The position numbers and the translations under genes are program-made. The notes beneath the pieces are model-generated. The model did no database searches and was not told where the DNA came from. It saw nothing but the letters and a program-made list of their open reading frames with translations. This document shows positions 1-10,078 of a stretch of DNA of 64,000 bases, in pieces. Every line of letters starts with the position of its first letter. The first letter of the stretch is position 1. Source of the stretch: Trueperaceae bacterium (GTDB lineage Bacteria > Deinococcota > Deinococci > Deinococcales > Trueperaceae); NCBI GenBank assembly GCA_965213705.1, contig OZ243913.1, forward strand, positions 960,001-1,024,000, given 5' to 3'.

Positions 1-798
1 GTTGATGTTCATGCCGCGCCGCCGCCCGACCGCGTCGATTTCGTCGATAAAGACGATGCAGGGCGCGTTCTTTTTGGCGGTTTCAAACAGGTCGCGCACC
101 CGTGCCGCCCCGACGCCGACGAACATCTCCACGAAGTCCGAACCGCTGATGGAGAAAAAAGGCACTTTGGCTTCCCCGGCGACCGCCTTGGCGAGGTGCG
201 TCTTGCCCGAGCCGGGCGGCCCGACCATCAGCACACCGTGCGGAATGCGCGCGCCGAGCGCGTGAAACTTTCCCGGACTTTTCAAAAACTCGACTACTTC
301 GCTGAGGTCGTTTTTGGCCTCGTCGACGCCGGCGACGTCTTTGAACAGGGTCGAGCTGTTTTCCTCGGTGATAAGGCGCGCCCGCGACTTGCCGAACGAG
401 ACCGCGCCGTCGCCGCCGGGCCGCGCCCCGCGCATCAGGTACACCAAAAACCCGACCATGAGGACGATGGGCAGCAGGTAAAGCAGCAGGTTACCCCAGT
501 TGCGGTCGGGGGCCTGGTTGGACACTTTGATGCCCCGCTGAACCCAGGCGCTGGTGAGTTCCAACGAGGGCGGCTCCGACACCCGGGTCATGTAGTGCTC
601 GTCGCCCTTGGTCGTGACGCGCAGTTCGGTCCCTTTGATGTCGATTTCGCTGACCTGACCCGCCTCGAGCTGCTTGACAAACTGGCTTAAGTCGCGGACG
701 TCTTTGTTGGTGCGCCCATTGCTCTGCGACGCGATAAAAATAATCAGTGCGAGCACGGCGACGGCGATAAAAATGCCCCGAAGTGGTAGTTTGCCCAT
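1..798 (-). CDS. ftsH: ATP-dependent zinc metalloprotease FtsH (5' part; runs off the window)
   Basis: Manual translation from ATG 798: two N-terminal TM segments, [11 protein letters not shown], Walker [30 protein letters not shown], Walker B IVFIDEID. Absent from the ORF track because no stop lies in the window. Confidence 0.96.
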   Translation of the reverse strand, partial: MGKLPLRGIFIAVAVLALIIFIASQSNGRTNKDVRDLSQFVKQLEAGQVSEIDIKGTELRVTTKGDEHYMTRVSEPPSLELTSAWVQRGIKVSNQAPDRNWGNLLLYLLPIVLMVGFLVYLMRGARPGGDGAVSFGKSRARLITEENSSTLFKDVAGVDEAKNDLSEVVEFLKSPGKFHALGARIPHGVLMVGPPGSGKTHLAKAVAGEAKVPFFSISGSDFVEMFVGVGAARVRDLFETAKKNAPCIVFIDEIDAVGRRRGMNIN

Positions 799-848
799 AG
801 TCTAAAGTCTACCCCTTAACTGTCAAACATATGTGATAGGTGCTTAAC

Positions 849-3215
849 TTACACGGCTTTAGCAAGGTCGTTAAAGCGAACGTGGGCATTGTGAAACTGT
901 AGCTCGACCGTGCCCACAGGACCGTTGCGTTGCTTACCGATGATGATTTCGGCGATGCCCTGCTTTTCACTGTTCGGGTCATAGTATTCGTCGCGGTAAA
1001 TAAACGCGACGAGGTCGGCGTCTTGCTCGATGCTGCCGCTTTCACGAAGGTCTGACAAGAGAGGCCGCTTGTTCGGCCGCGCCTCGACCGCGCGCGACAG
1101 TTGGCTGAGTGCGACCACGGGAATGTCGAGCTCGCGCGCCAAGACTTTGAGCCCGCGCGAGATGACCGAAATCTCCTGCTGCCGGTTTTCGCCGCCGCCG
1201 AGCCGTGAGCTGCCGCTCATGAGTTGCAAGTAGTCGATGACGATGAGCCCCAGCCCGTGCTCGGCCATGAGCCTGCGCGCCCGGCTGCGCAGTTCCATCA
1301 CGGTCAGGTCGGCGTTGTCGTCGATAAAGATTTTCGCCTCGGCGAGGCGGCCCGCGGTGTCGGCAAGCCGCTGGAAGTCCCGGTCGGAGAGTTGCCCGTT
1401 GCGCACCCGGCTCATGTCGACGCGCGCCTCGCTGCAGAGCATCCGGGTGACAAGTTGTACGGCGGACATCTCCAAGTTGAAAATTCCCACCGTCGCGTTC
1501 TCGCGCAGAGCTACGTTGAGGCCGATGGTGAGGGCGAAGGCGGTGTTGTGGGTGACGGTCATGTCTTCCAGCAAAAAGAGCCCGTCGCCGTGCAGGGTAA
1601 AACCGTAATAGTCGTCGACCTCGTCCGGCTCGACGCTGATGCCCGTCACGCGCCAGTCTTTTCGGTCTGTCCAAGGCGCGGCTTTTTTGCGCGGCACGCG
1701 CACCGGAATCTCATCGACGTTGCCGTTGAAACGCACGCGCCAGACTTCGCAGCGGTAGTCCTCAGCGCCTTCACGCTTCAGGGTCGCCACTTTGTTCGTG
1801 AGCGAGGTGCGGTAGCCGAGCGAGTCGCAGAGATACTTGATTTGTTGGGCGAGGTTTCTAAGCTTCGTCGTAATTTCAAAAGGCCCGTTCTGGCTCGAGA
1901 GATAGTGTCCGTCCGCGTCGATAAGCCCGGCGAGCAGTTCCAGGCGGTTGCGCCTCGAGGTGTGGAGGTAGGCGTCAGGAATGTGTTTGTTCCCCAGTAA
2001 ACCCAGTGCTGCGAGTTGCCCCTGGAGCGACGCTGCCCCCGCCTCGGCCGAGCCGCCGCGCTGACCGCGCGTGATGGCGTAGCTTGGGCAGCGCCCTTCC
2101 GAAGCGTCCACACTCACCCCCATGTCGAGCCGCGCGGCGTACTCGTGGAGATAGTCGACAACCTCACAGTCGCTCGTTGTAATTCTGACGTTGCGTGTTG
2201 CGCCGTCACCCAGCCACAAACCGATAAAGTAAGGCTCTACGGGAACGGGTTTTTCGGGCAGGTCGATGGCGACCTTGTAGCCCTTGTAGTTGCTCTTGAA
2301 CTTGTCGCTCTTGCCCAGCCATTCTTTGACAGACAGGTTGACGACTTCGCCCTTGTGCGGGTTACGGCTGCGTTTCAAGGAAAGAACGTGGCTTTCGTTC
2401 ACGCGGTAGTCGAGGCCGTGGCGCTGCCGCACCCAGATCATTCTTTCACGCCCTCTCGCCAACGACGTGACGTGGCGCGGACACGAGTCCGGCCCCATCA
2501 GCACGTCGCCGACGCGCACGTCCTCGACGTTTTTGAGCGTGCCGTCATACATCACCACGCGGGTGCCCTTGCCGAGACACTTGCCCATCGCCGGCCGCGC
2601 CGCGAGCACGTTCAAACTGCTCGGCTGCAACCCCGCCGTGATGATGTCGAGTTCTTTGAAGCCGGTGCGCAGACCCGAAACCGGGTCGGGGTTGGTAAAC
2701 AGTTCGTTGATGTGGGCAAACGTGTCGCCCACAAGATTGCTCATGCTCTGAAAGTTGTGGCTGCGCTTCGAACTCGAGAGTTCGAAAATACTCGCCTCGG
2801 CCTTGTCGAGGACTTGCTCCAAGGGCAAAGCCTGGTCGTAAGCGGTCTGCATGATTTGCCCGCTCGCTTGAATCAGGTCGCGCAACACCGCCTTGTCGAC
2901 GACGATGCGCGCGTAGTTCTCCGCGTACGCGGCTGTCGGCACGCTGTCGGCCAGCCCGATGAGGTAAGGCACGCTGCCGACGCCCTCCAACTCGCCCGAC
3001 TGCCGCAACTCTTCGGTCAAGGTGACCAAGTCGATGGGCTCGTGGCGGTGGAAGAGCTTTTCCATTCCTCGAAAAATCTTGCGGTGGCTTTCTTTGTAAA
3101 AATGGTTGGCACCGATGATGCCCTCAATAGCGGGATAAACCTCGTTGTCGAGCAGCACCGAACCGAGTACGCTTTGTTCGGCCTCTAAGTTCTGGGGGGG
3201 CAGACGACTTTCCAC
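849..3215 (-). CDS. dnaB: Replicative DNA helicase DnaB, intein-containing
   Basis: PPQNLEAEQSVLG N-terminus, AARPAMGK|T P-loop split by an intein, IDYLQL, LSQLSR, DLRESGSIEQDAD, KQRNGP. Confidence 0.98.
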   Translation of the reverse strand: MESRLPPQNLEAEQSVLGSVLLDNEVYPAIEGIIGANHFYKESHRKIFRGMEKLFHRHEPIDLVTLTEELRQSGELEGVGSVPYLIGLADSVPTAAYAENYARIVVDKAVLRDLIQASGQIMQTAYDQALPLEQVLDKAEASIFELSSSKRSHNFQSMSNLVGDTFAHINELFTNPDPVSGLRTGFKELDIITAGLQPSSLNVLAARPAMGKCLGKGTRVVMYDGTLKNVEDVRVGDVLMGPDSCPRHVTSLARGRERMIWVRQRHGLDYRVNESHVLSLKRSRNPHKGEVVNLSVKEWLGKSDKFKSNYKGYKVAIDLPEKPVPVEPYFIGLWLGDGATRNVRITTSDCEVVDYLHEYAARLDMGVSVDASEGRCPSYAITRGQRGGSAEAGAASLQGQLAALGLLGNKHIPDAYLHTSRRNRLELLAGLIDADGHYLSSQNGPFEITTKLRNLAQQIKYLCDSLGYRTSLTNKVATLKREGAEDYRCEVWRVRFNGNVDEIPVRVPRKKAAPWTDRKDWRVTGISVEPDEVDDYYGFTLHGDGLFLLEDMTVTHNTAFALTIGLNVALRENATVGIFNLEMSAVQLVTRMLCSEARVDMSRVRNGQLSDRDFQRLADTAGRLAEAKIFIDDNADLTVMELRSRARRLMAEHGLGLIVIDYLQLMSGSSRLGGGENRQQEISVISRGLKVLARELDIPVVALSQLSRAVEARPNKRPLLSDLRESGSIEQDADLVAFIYRDEYYDPNSEKQGIAEIIIGKQRNGPVGTVELQFHNAHVRFNDLAKAV
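1545..2579 (-). mobile_element. 345-aa intein with LAGLIDADG homing endonuclease, inserted in the DnaB Walker A motif (GK|C...HN|T)
   Basis: Begins CLGKGTRV and ends VTHN followed by Thr; block B VNESHVL; two endonuclease motifs YFIGLWLGDG and LLAGLIDADG. Confidence 0.95.
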
Positions 3216-3364
3216 GGGGTCAGTTTAACGCAGAAAAAGGGGGGGCAGCGGGCTGCCGAGTTGGGCGAGCTTCGCCCTGTGTGTGGTAGGTCGGGCGGGC
3301 GTGGCCCAGGGCTTGAAATCCCAAGTTCCGCCCCGACCCCTCGCGGTCAAGTACACTGTTGACG

Positions 3365-5056
3365 ATGCTCTCCTTCGTCCTGGCTTTAGGGCTCAGTTAC
3401 CTTATCGGCTCGCTTCCTTTAGGTGGCGCGCTCATCAAAAGCGTGACCGGCAAAGAGGCGCGCACTTTCAGCGCTCATAACCTAGGCGTCGAAAACCTGT
3501 TTTACTACCTCGGCGCGCCGCTGGCTTTCGCTTCTTTCTTTCTGGATATTTTCAAAGGATTTGTCGCCGTGCTTTTGTTTGCGGGGAGTCCGTGGGCCGC
3601 CCTGGGGGTGTACCTGGGCCACCTGTATCCGCCCTGGTCGCTGGCCTTGCCGAGGGGTCGGGGCAACGGCGTGTTGCTGGGCGTGCTGGCGGCGTTTTGG
3701 GCGACGGGGACGCTGCCCTGGTGGTTGGCCGGCTCGCCGGTCGCGCTCTACGTCGGCATTTTAACGGCGACGGGGTACGCGGCCTTGGCGACCTTGGGGG
3801 GGTTGTTGGCTTTGCTCGCCGGGGCGTCGGTTTCACAGCCGCTGAACGTAGCCGCGGCTCTGCTGGGCGTAACGCTGGTCGCGCTGTGGCGGCACAAACA
3901 CAGCTTGGCCCGCATTTTAGACCGCACCGAAGCGCGCCTCGGCGCGCCGCCCGCCGTCCACGGGCGCGACCCGAACGTCGTGCTGGCGGCGTTTATGGCG
4001 CACCCGCTGTCCGTGGACGACCTCTGGCAGCCGCGCTCGCAACGCTGGCTGAAAGGTTTGCTGCGGCGCGAACTGCTGCCTGAGTGGCTGCTCCGCCGCG
4101 CGCTCTTGCACCTGCGCCCGCAGGTGCAAGACGAACTCACCGGCGTGACTTTGAGCGACGGGCGCGAACTGCGCGTCATGCTCATCAGCGGCTCGCTGCT
4201 GCCCGACCAGGTGCGCAGCTACCCCGAGGTGGCGACGCGGCTGGCAGTTCAGGGGGCGCGCCTGGCGTATGAACGCGGGGCAGAGGCGTTCGGTCTCGGC
4301 GCGTTTTTGTCCACCGTCGGCAACAAAGGCCAGGACGTGCAAGACGCCGTACCCGAAATCGCCATCACCAACGGCGGCGCGTACACCGCGGCGACCGTCA
4401 AGGCGGCGGTGCCGGGTCTGCTCGCCGCGTTCGAGCGTGAGGGCGGCCACTTACGCCGCAGCACGGCGGCGGTGGTCGGGGCCAACGGCGTGGTCGCTTT
4501 CGGGGTGGCGCGGAGCGTGGCGGGCGAGGTCGGCGAACTTCTCCTCGTCGGCCGAGACTTGGCACGCTTGGAGCGCAGCGCCGATACCTTGCGCAAAAAG
4601 TACCCGCACACCCGCGTCAGCGTCGGCACCGACGTGGCCGTGTGTGTGGCGGCCGACCTCGTTTTCGCGGCGACCTCCGACCCGAACCCGGTGGTGTTCG
4701 CCGAGCACGTCAAACCGGGCGCGTGGCTGTTCGACTTAGGAAGACCGGCCGACGTCGACGACTCGGTCCGCAGCGTGCCGGGGGTCCACGTCGTGCCGGG
4801 CGGCGTGGTCAAGCCGCCCGGCAACATGAAGACCTTTATCGACCTGCACTTCGGCGACGGGCTGGTCCCGGCCTGCATGGCCGAGACGATGATCATGACG
4901 GCGACCCGCGCTTTTGAGCGCAAGTCCCTGGGGTCGGTCACGCGCAGCGCCGACATCGACTTTTACTTGGCGGAAGGCGAACGTTTGGGTTTCGAAATCG
5001 TGACTCGAGACGAGCGCGTCAGCAAGACAGGGACCTACGAACGAGGCGTCTTGTGA
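3365..5056 (+). CDS. PlsY-like membrane acyltransferase fused to an acyl-ACP-reductase-like NAD(P)-binding domain
   Basis: N-terminal ~200 aa hydrophobic with YLIGSLP, DIFKG, LGHLYP, RH..LARI...E; C-terminal ITNGGAYT, VVGANG, DLGRPADV, PGGVV, PACMAE. Start set at ATG 7 nt after TACACT. Confidence 0.8.
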   Translation: MLSFVLALGLSYLIGSLPLGGALIKSVTGKEARTFSAHNLGVENLFYYLGAPLAFASFFLDIFKGFVAVLLFAGSPWAALGVYLGHLYPPWSLALPRGRGNGVLLGVLAAFWATGTLPWWLAGSPVALYVGILTATGYAALATLGGLLALLAGASVSQPLNVAAALLGVTLVALWRHKHSLARILDRTEARLGAPPAVHGRDPNVVLAAFMAHPLSVDDLWQPRSQRWLKGLLRRELLPEWLLRRALLHLRPQVQDELTGVTLSDGRELRVMLISGSLLPDQVRSYPEVATRLAVQGARLAYERGAEAFGLGAFLSTVGNKGQDVQDAVPEIAITNGGAYTAATVKAAVPGLLAAFEREGGHLRRSTAAVVGANGVVAFGVARSVAGEVGELLLVGRDLARLERSADTLRKKYPHTRVSVGTDVAVCVAADLVFAATSDPNPVVFAEHVKPGAWLFDLGRPADVDDSVRSVPGVHVVPGGVVKPPGNMKTFIDLHFGDGLVPACMAETMIMTATRAFERKSLGSVTRSADIDFYLAEGERLGFEIVTRDERVSKTGTYERGVL

Positions 5057-5183
5057 CAGAAGCGTCAAACCCTCGCACTCGCCTCGAGCAAGACGAGCAG
5101 GACGGCGGCAAAAGACCTTTGAACGTTTACCCGGTCCTCGGTCCTGCCCACTCGGTACCGTCTAGTCCGCCCAAGGGGCTCCC

Positions 5184-5981
5184 GTGACCGTGGCGTTTCG
5201 CATGAAGGGATTTTTGGAAGCTCGCGACGCCGACACCGACCTGTTGTGGGGTTTGGGATGCGAAGGTTTGTGGCAGGATGGCGAAGACATCGTCGCTTAC
5301 TTCGCCGCGCCGCTTGAGCTGCCCTTCGTCGGGGTGTGGGAACAGCTCGAGCCGCAGGACTATATCGAGCGCTACTACGCCGAACTGCAACCGGTTTACC
5401 TGCAAACCCTCGTCGTCGCGCCGACCCACAGCGCGGTCACCGTGACCGGGGGCCAAAAAGTCTTGTGGCTCGACCCCGGCATGGCCTTCGGCACCGGCCA
5501 CCACGAGACGACGCGGCTGGCCTTGAGGGAGCTGGAGCGGCTCGAGCTGGCAGACAAACACGTTCTCGACGTTGGCGCGGGCTCGGGCATCTTGGCGATT
5601 GCCGCCGACCTGCTCGGCGCGGCGAGCGCCCACGGGCTCGACACCGACCCGGACACGCTGCCGGTTGCCGAGGCCAACCGCAGGCTCAACCGCTCTCGAG
5701 CCACCTTCGCCCCGGGCAGCTTGCAAGACGCGCCCGGAAGAAGCGCCGACGTGCTCGTCGCCAACCTGTTCGCCGAGTTGCACCTAGAACTGTGCGGCGA
5801 GTACCGGCGCGTGCTCAAACCGGGCGGCAGTCTTGTCATCTCGGGCATCCTGCACGACAAACTCCCGGCGGTCGAGGCGGCGTTGACGGAGCGTTTCGAG
5901 GTCGGCGCGGTGGTGACCGACGGCGAGTGGGCGCTGCTCACGGCCACGCCCACGGGGACGGGGGCGGTGGGAAAAGAATGA
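5184..5981 (+). CDS. prmA: Ribosomal protein L11 methyltransferase
   Basis: DPGMAFGTGHHETT, VLDVGAGSGILAI, VANL, ISGIL. Confidence 0.95.
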   Translation: MTVAFRMKGFLEARDADTDLLWGLGCEGLWQDGEDIVAYFAAPLELPFVGVWEQLEPQDYIERYYAELQPVYLQTLVVAPTHSAVTVTGGQKVLWLDPGMAFGTGHHETTRLALRELERLELADKHVLDVGAGSGILAIAADLLGAASAHGLDTDPDTLPVAEANRRLNRSRATFAPGSLQDAPGRSADVLVANLFAELHLELCGEYRRVLKPGGSLVISGILHDKLPAVEAALTERFEVGAVVTDGEWALLTATPTGTGAVGKE

Positions 5982-6688
5982 GGATTCACCGCGTCCACCT
6001 GCCCACCTTGAGCGAGGGCGTCGTCACCTTGACCGGCCCCGAAGCGCGGCACTTGGCCGGCGTGTTGCGCGTCGCGCCCGGCCAACCCATACGCGCCTTC
6101 GACGGCCACGGTTGGGAGGCCGAAGGTGAAGTAACCGCGACCGACGCCTTCCAGGTCACCCTGAACCTCGCCGCACCCTCAAAAAGCGGAGTTGAAGCGC
6201 GGCTGGCTGTCACCGTCGTGGTAGCGCTTCTCAAAGGCGACAAGCTGAGCGACGTGGTGCGGCAAGGCACCGAACTCGGCGCGGTGGGGTTTAGGCTGTT
6301 TACGAGTCGCCACGGCGACGTGCCGAGCTTGTCGGCAACTAAGCTCGAGCGCCTGCGCCGCGTCGCTAAAGAAGCCGCCAAACAGTCGGGCCGGAGCGTG
6401 GTGCCGAGCGTCAAAGAGCCCGCGCCGCTGGGTGAGTTGCCGCTGGACGGCCCCGTCCTCGTCGCCCACCCGCACGCCCCGCTCACGCTGCAAGAAGCCT
6501 TGCAAGACGCGTCCGACCCCGGGAGCCTCACCATCCTTACCGGCCCCGAAGGCGGCCTGAGCGCCGCCGAGGTCACGGCGCTGGAAGAACGAGGCGTGGC
6601 CGCAGTGCACCTCGGCCCACGCGTGTTGCGCGCCGAGACCGCGCCGGTCGCGCTGCTGGCTGCGCTGCTGTTACCGGAGGCCCTGTGA
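5978..6688 (+). CDS. rsmE: 16S rRNA m3U1498 methyltransferase
   Basis: ATGA overlap with prmA; HLAGVLR, KGDK..TELG, EAAKQSGR, GPEGG, LGPRVLRAETA. Confidence 0.95.
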   Translation: MRIHRVHLPTLSEGVVTLTGPEARHLAGVLRVAPGQPIRAFDGHGWEAEGEVTATDAFQVTLNLAAPSKSGVEARLAVTVVVALLKGDKLSDVVRQGTELGAVGFRLFTSRHGDVPSLSATKLERLRRVAKEAAKQSGRSVVPSVKEPAPLGELPLDGPVLVAHPHAPLTLQEALQDASDPGSLTILTGPEGGLSAAEVTALEERGVAAVHLGPRVLRAETAPVALLAALLLPEAL

Positions 6689-7086
6689 AACGCTTGCTCG
6701 TTTTACCCTTGGCGGTGCTGAGCGTGACGGCGCTGCTGAGCGCCTGCACCCTCCTCTACGTCCCGCCCGTACCGGAACGCGCCGAGGTGCAGGTCACGCC
6801 GCGCCTGACTCTGGACAAGGCGTCCGAGTTGCGCTGGACGGGTGAACGGCTCGAGCTGAGCGTCACCCCGACCGTGCTGCCCGCAGAGGGCTGGCTCGCG
6901 GTGCAGTGGTTCGCGCCGCAAAACGAGCAAGTCGCCTCGGACTCGGTGTGGTTGGGGGAGGGCGACCCAATCGGTTACCTCTTTTTGTTGCCGGGAAACG
7001 TCGACCCGGTGCCGGGCGAATGGCGCGTGGCGCTGTCGTTCGGCGGGAAGTTCGTGCGGCAGTTCGCGGCGGTCGTGCCCGAATAG
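6685..7086 (+). CDS. Hypothetical lipoprotein
   Basis: Signal peptide with lipobox LLSAC; GTGA overlap with rsmE. Confidence 0.75.
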   Translation: MKRLLVLPLAVLSVTALLSACTLLYVPPVPERAEVQVTPRLTLDKASELRWTGERLELSVTPTVLPAEGWLAVQWFAPQNEQVASDSVWLGEGDPIGYLFLLPGNVDPVPGEWRVALSFGGKFVRQFAAVVPE

Positions 7087-7138
7087 GCGCTCGGCCGTTG
7101 CGCGCAACGGTTTCGAAGTCCCGAAGGCGAGGAGCACC

Positions 7139-7540
7139 GTGTACCAAACGGACTACATCATGCGAACCGTCAAACAGTTCTCCGAAATGCTCGCCGCCCT
7201 TTTGTTCGGTGCAAAAGCCAAGGGCGGCCCCCTTTCGTTCGGCGACCTGGACGAACTCAGCCTCACTTTCACGGGCCTTACCCTGGACACGTTGACAGCC
7301 TTGAGCAGTTCGCAAATTCTCCGGCTTTTCTCCGTGAACGGTTTGGACGTGAACAAAGTGTATGCGAGCGCTCGAGTGCTCCATCAACTTGCCGAGCAGG
7401 AGGGTTCAGCAGAAAGGACAATCGTCCTGAAGCAGAAAGCGGTGGATTTGCTGCTGGAAATCCACCGGCGGCTGGGCGGGTACTTGAACGAAGAACACGA
7501 AACTTTGACACACACTTTACAAAGCCCTCAGCCATCCTGA
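7139..7540 (+). CDS. Hypothetical protein (DUF6483-like)
   Basis: MYQTDYIMRTVKQ..LAALL N-terminus; AGGAG RBS. Confidence 0.65.
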   Translation: MYQTDYIMRTVKQFSEMLAALLFGAKAKGGPLSFGDLDELSLTFTGLTLDTLTALSSSQILRLFSVNGLDVNKVYASARVLHQLAEQEGSAERTIVLKQKAVDLLLEIHRRLGGYLNEEHETLTHTLQSPQPS

Positions 7541-7748
7541 GGAGTCGGTTTCTCACCTTTTACCGACAGGTTTACAAGTAATTGCGAAGTTTCCAACGCG
7601 ACCGCGTCTCAAATTCCCGACCCGAAGGGCCAGCTCCTTGTTGAGGGGCAAGGTCGAAAGTGCTTTTGTTTCAATTTGCTGAGAAAGAGCTGTTACGGGC
7701 GTTCAATCGCGAGGGTATGGACAGGGCCGAAAAATCTCTTTACCCGGC

Positions 7749-8171
7749 CTAAGAACTCTCGTCGCTCCGCAAACCTCCGCGGCGCGCGCCGGGTGCTCGC
7801 ACCGCTTTTGTGGTCGCAACCGCTGCGGGCAGGCTGAAAAACAGCACGCCCCAGCCGAAGAGCTGTAGCGCGCCGCCTACGGGTGCGACCGCGCCGAGCC
7901 AACTCAGGTTTGTCGCGACGAGCACGTACAAGCTGCCGGAAAAAAGCAGGCTGCCCAAAAACAGCGGCCACATCGCCCGCCACGCCTTCGGGGGCAACGC
8001 GCCAAGCGCCAACAGGCCGAGGGCGTGGAACATCTGGTAACGCACCGCCGTCTCGAACGTGCCCAGGCGTTCCGGTGTGACTAAGTCACGCAGTGCGTGC
8101 GTGCCGAACGCGCCCAGTGCGACGCCCAAAAAAGCGAGCAGCGCGCCGAGTCTGGCCGGGTGGACGTTCAA
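7749..8171 (-). CDS. DUF423 (YgdD) membrane protein
   Basis: GAFGTH, TAVRYQMFHAL, FSGSLY, PVGG. Confidence 0.9.
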   Translation of the reverse strand: MNVHPARLGALLAFLGVALGAFGTHALRDLVTPERLGTFETAVRYQMFHALGLLALGALPPKAWRAMWPLFLGSLLFSGSLYVLVATNLSWLGAVAPVGGALQLFGWGVLFFSLPAAVATTKAVRAPGARRGGLRSDESS

Positions 8172-8452
8172 GCGCGTCGCGCCGTCACAGAAGCGCGCAA
8201 GCTTTTGTGAAAGCGGCCCAAGTCGAAGTCGTCTAAGTCACCTTCGTACGCAAGCAACGCCTCGACCGCCGCGTTGAACTGGTCGACACAAGGGCTCGGC
8301 GCGGGCGCTTCGCTCTCCATCTTCTTGACCTCTTGGTAGCCAGCCTCGCCGTACTCTTCGACCTCGCGCTCTTTGCAAGTCTCGAGGGCGTCAAGGGCAG
8401 TTTGGCAGCGTTTGAACGTGTCGTCCGGTGCTTGGCTGTTCGCGTCTTGCAT
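8168..8452 (-). CDS. Small hypothetical protein
   Basis: GAGGTG RBS before ATG 8452; acidic helical 94 aa; stop overlaps the DUF423 start. Confidence 0.6.
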   Translation of the reverse strand: MQDANSQAPDDTFKRCQTALDALETCKEREVEEYGEAGYQEVKKMESEAPAPSPCVDQFNAAVEALLAYEGDLDDFDLGRFHKSLRASVTARRA

Positions 8453-8769
8453 ACTCACCTCACGTCTTAAAGTATGACGCTCACCGCCCCGAAGTTTTGT
8501 AGCCGAGCTTGTCACACGGGGTTTACCCCTTGCGCGCCGCCCACCCAGTTCAACTCTTTCCGGCTGACTTTTATAAACGCTTATAACGAGACCAAAAATC
8601 AGCTTCGGGCCGTGCTCGAGGGGGGTGGGCACGACCAAAAACAGGCAAGGGCTGGTCAACCTAAGGCTCGGGTCAGGCTCCATCTTTCAGCTTCGGTTGC
8701 GCCGCACACTGACAAAATTCGGCCCCCGGCAACGTGCCCCCGGCTGACTTTCCTGTAAACTTGGCTGTT

Positions 8770-9906
8770 GTGAGCGAAGCCGTCCTGACCCAGCCCGAGG
8801 TTGCTACTCAGCCCGAAGTCGCCCAGCCCGAGGTTGCCCAGCCCAAAGTCCTCTGCGCCATGTCGGGCGGGGTGGACTCGTCGGTGGCGGCGGCGCTTTT
8901 GGGTGAGCAGGGTTTCGAGGTCGTGGGCTCGATGCTCCGCTTTTGGCAAGACGAACGGCCCAAAGGCGCGTTTTCGCTGTGCTGCAGCCCGGACGCGGCC
9001 TACGACGCGCGCCGCGTCGCCGACAAAATCGAGGTGCCCTTTTACCTGCTCGACTACCGCGACAAGTTCGAGCAAATCGTCGTCGACCCGTTCGTCCCGA
9101 CTTACGAGCGTGGCGAGACGCCCAACCCCTGCGTGTGGTGCAACCGCGACATCAAGTTCGGCTCGTTTGTAAAGCGCGCGCAGATGCTTGGTTGTGACTT
9201 TATGGCGACCGGCCACTACGTGCGCCGTGTGGACGGACCCCACGGCGTCGAACTGCACCGGGGCGAGGACGACAGCAAAGACCAGACCTACTTTTTGTGG
9301 GCGCTCCCGCGCGAGATTTTGCCCTACTTGCTGTTCCCGTTGGGTGAGCTGACCAAACAAGAGGTGCGTGTTCTGGCCGAGGAACGCGGTTTCACGGTAG
9401 CCGACAAAAAGTCCTCGAGCGGCCTCTGCTTTATCACCGACACGGTGAAAGGGTACTTAGACGAGTTCAGCGCGCCCAAACCCGGCCCGATTCTGGACGC
9501 CGAGGACGGTTTTAAAGAAATTGGGCAGCACCGGGGCGTCCAGTTCTACACCGTCGGCCAGCGCAAGGGGTTGGGGCTGTACCACTCGCACCTGGTGCGC
9601 TTCGTTACAGAACTGCGCGCCGCGGACAACGCGGTCGTCGTGGGCAGCCGCGAGCGGTGTCGCTGGCAAACCCTTACGGCGGGCCGGGCGAACTTTCTCA
9701 CCGATGTAAATGAGCTGCCGACGCGCGTGCTGGCGCAAACCCGCTACCGGCAAAAGCCGGTTCCGGCCACCCTGACGCTTACGGATGAAGGCGGCTTCGA
9801 ACTGGCCTTTGAAATCCCTGTGTTTGCCATTGCGCCGGGGCAGTCGGCCGTGCTTTACGACGGCGACAGACTTTTGGGTGGCGGCGTGATTGAGGCTCGA
9901 GGCTGA
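8770..9906 (+). CDS. mnmA: tRNA 2-thiouridylase MnmA
   Basis: AMSGGVDSS, TPNPCVWCN, ATGHY, KDQTYFL, YTVGQRKG, PGQSAVLY. Confidence 0.97.
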   Translation: MSEAVLTQPEVATQPEVAQPEVAQPKVLCAMSGGVDSSVAAALLGEQGFEVVGSMLRFWQDERPKGAFSLCCSPDAAYDARRVADKIEVPFYLLDYRDKFEQIVVDPFVPTYERGETPNPCVWCNRDIKFGSFVKRAQMLGCDFMATGHYVRRVDGPHGVELHRGEDDSKDQTYFLWALPREILPYLLFPLGELTKQEVRVLAEERGFTVADKKSSSGLCFITDTVKGYLDEFSAPKPGPILDAEDGFKEIGQHRGVQFYTVGQRKGLGLYHSHLVRFVTELRAADNAVVVGSRERCRWQTLTAGRANFLTDVNELPTRVLAQTRYRQKPVPATLTLTDEGGFELAFEIPVFAIAPGQSAVLYDGDRLLGGGVIEARG

Positions 9907-10078
9907 GTTCGACCTTTTCGGTCGTTTTCTAAGTTTTTCTACCGGATGAACACAAGTGGGGCCGGCGGCTTGTGGATTTGGTCTTTCTACCAGCCACTAG
10001 CCTACCGGCTTTCTCCTACTTTGGTCGCTTAACAGGTTTCCGACGACTCCTGTAGACTGTCACCCAAGGAGGAAACTC

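Noticed and set aside
2016..3188. Long antisense and alternate-frame ORFs (also 32541-33665, 36569-37783, 45860-46747, 56069-57007 and others)
   Set aside because: Shadows of well-supported genes, expected in high-GC DNA; no motifs
5336..5977. N-terminal extension of rsmE (450-aa ORF)
   Set aside because: Out-of-frame overlap with prmA; the real start is the ATGA at 5978
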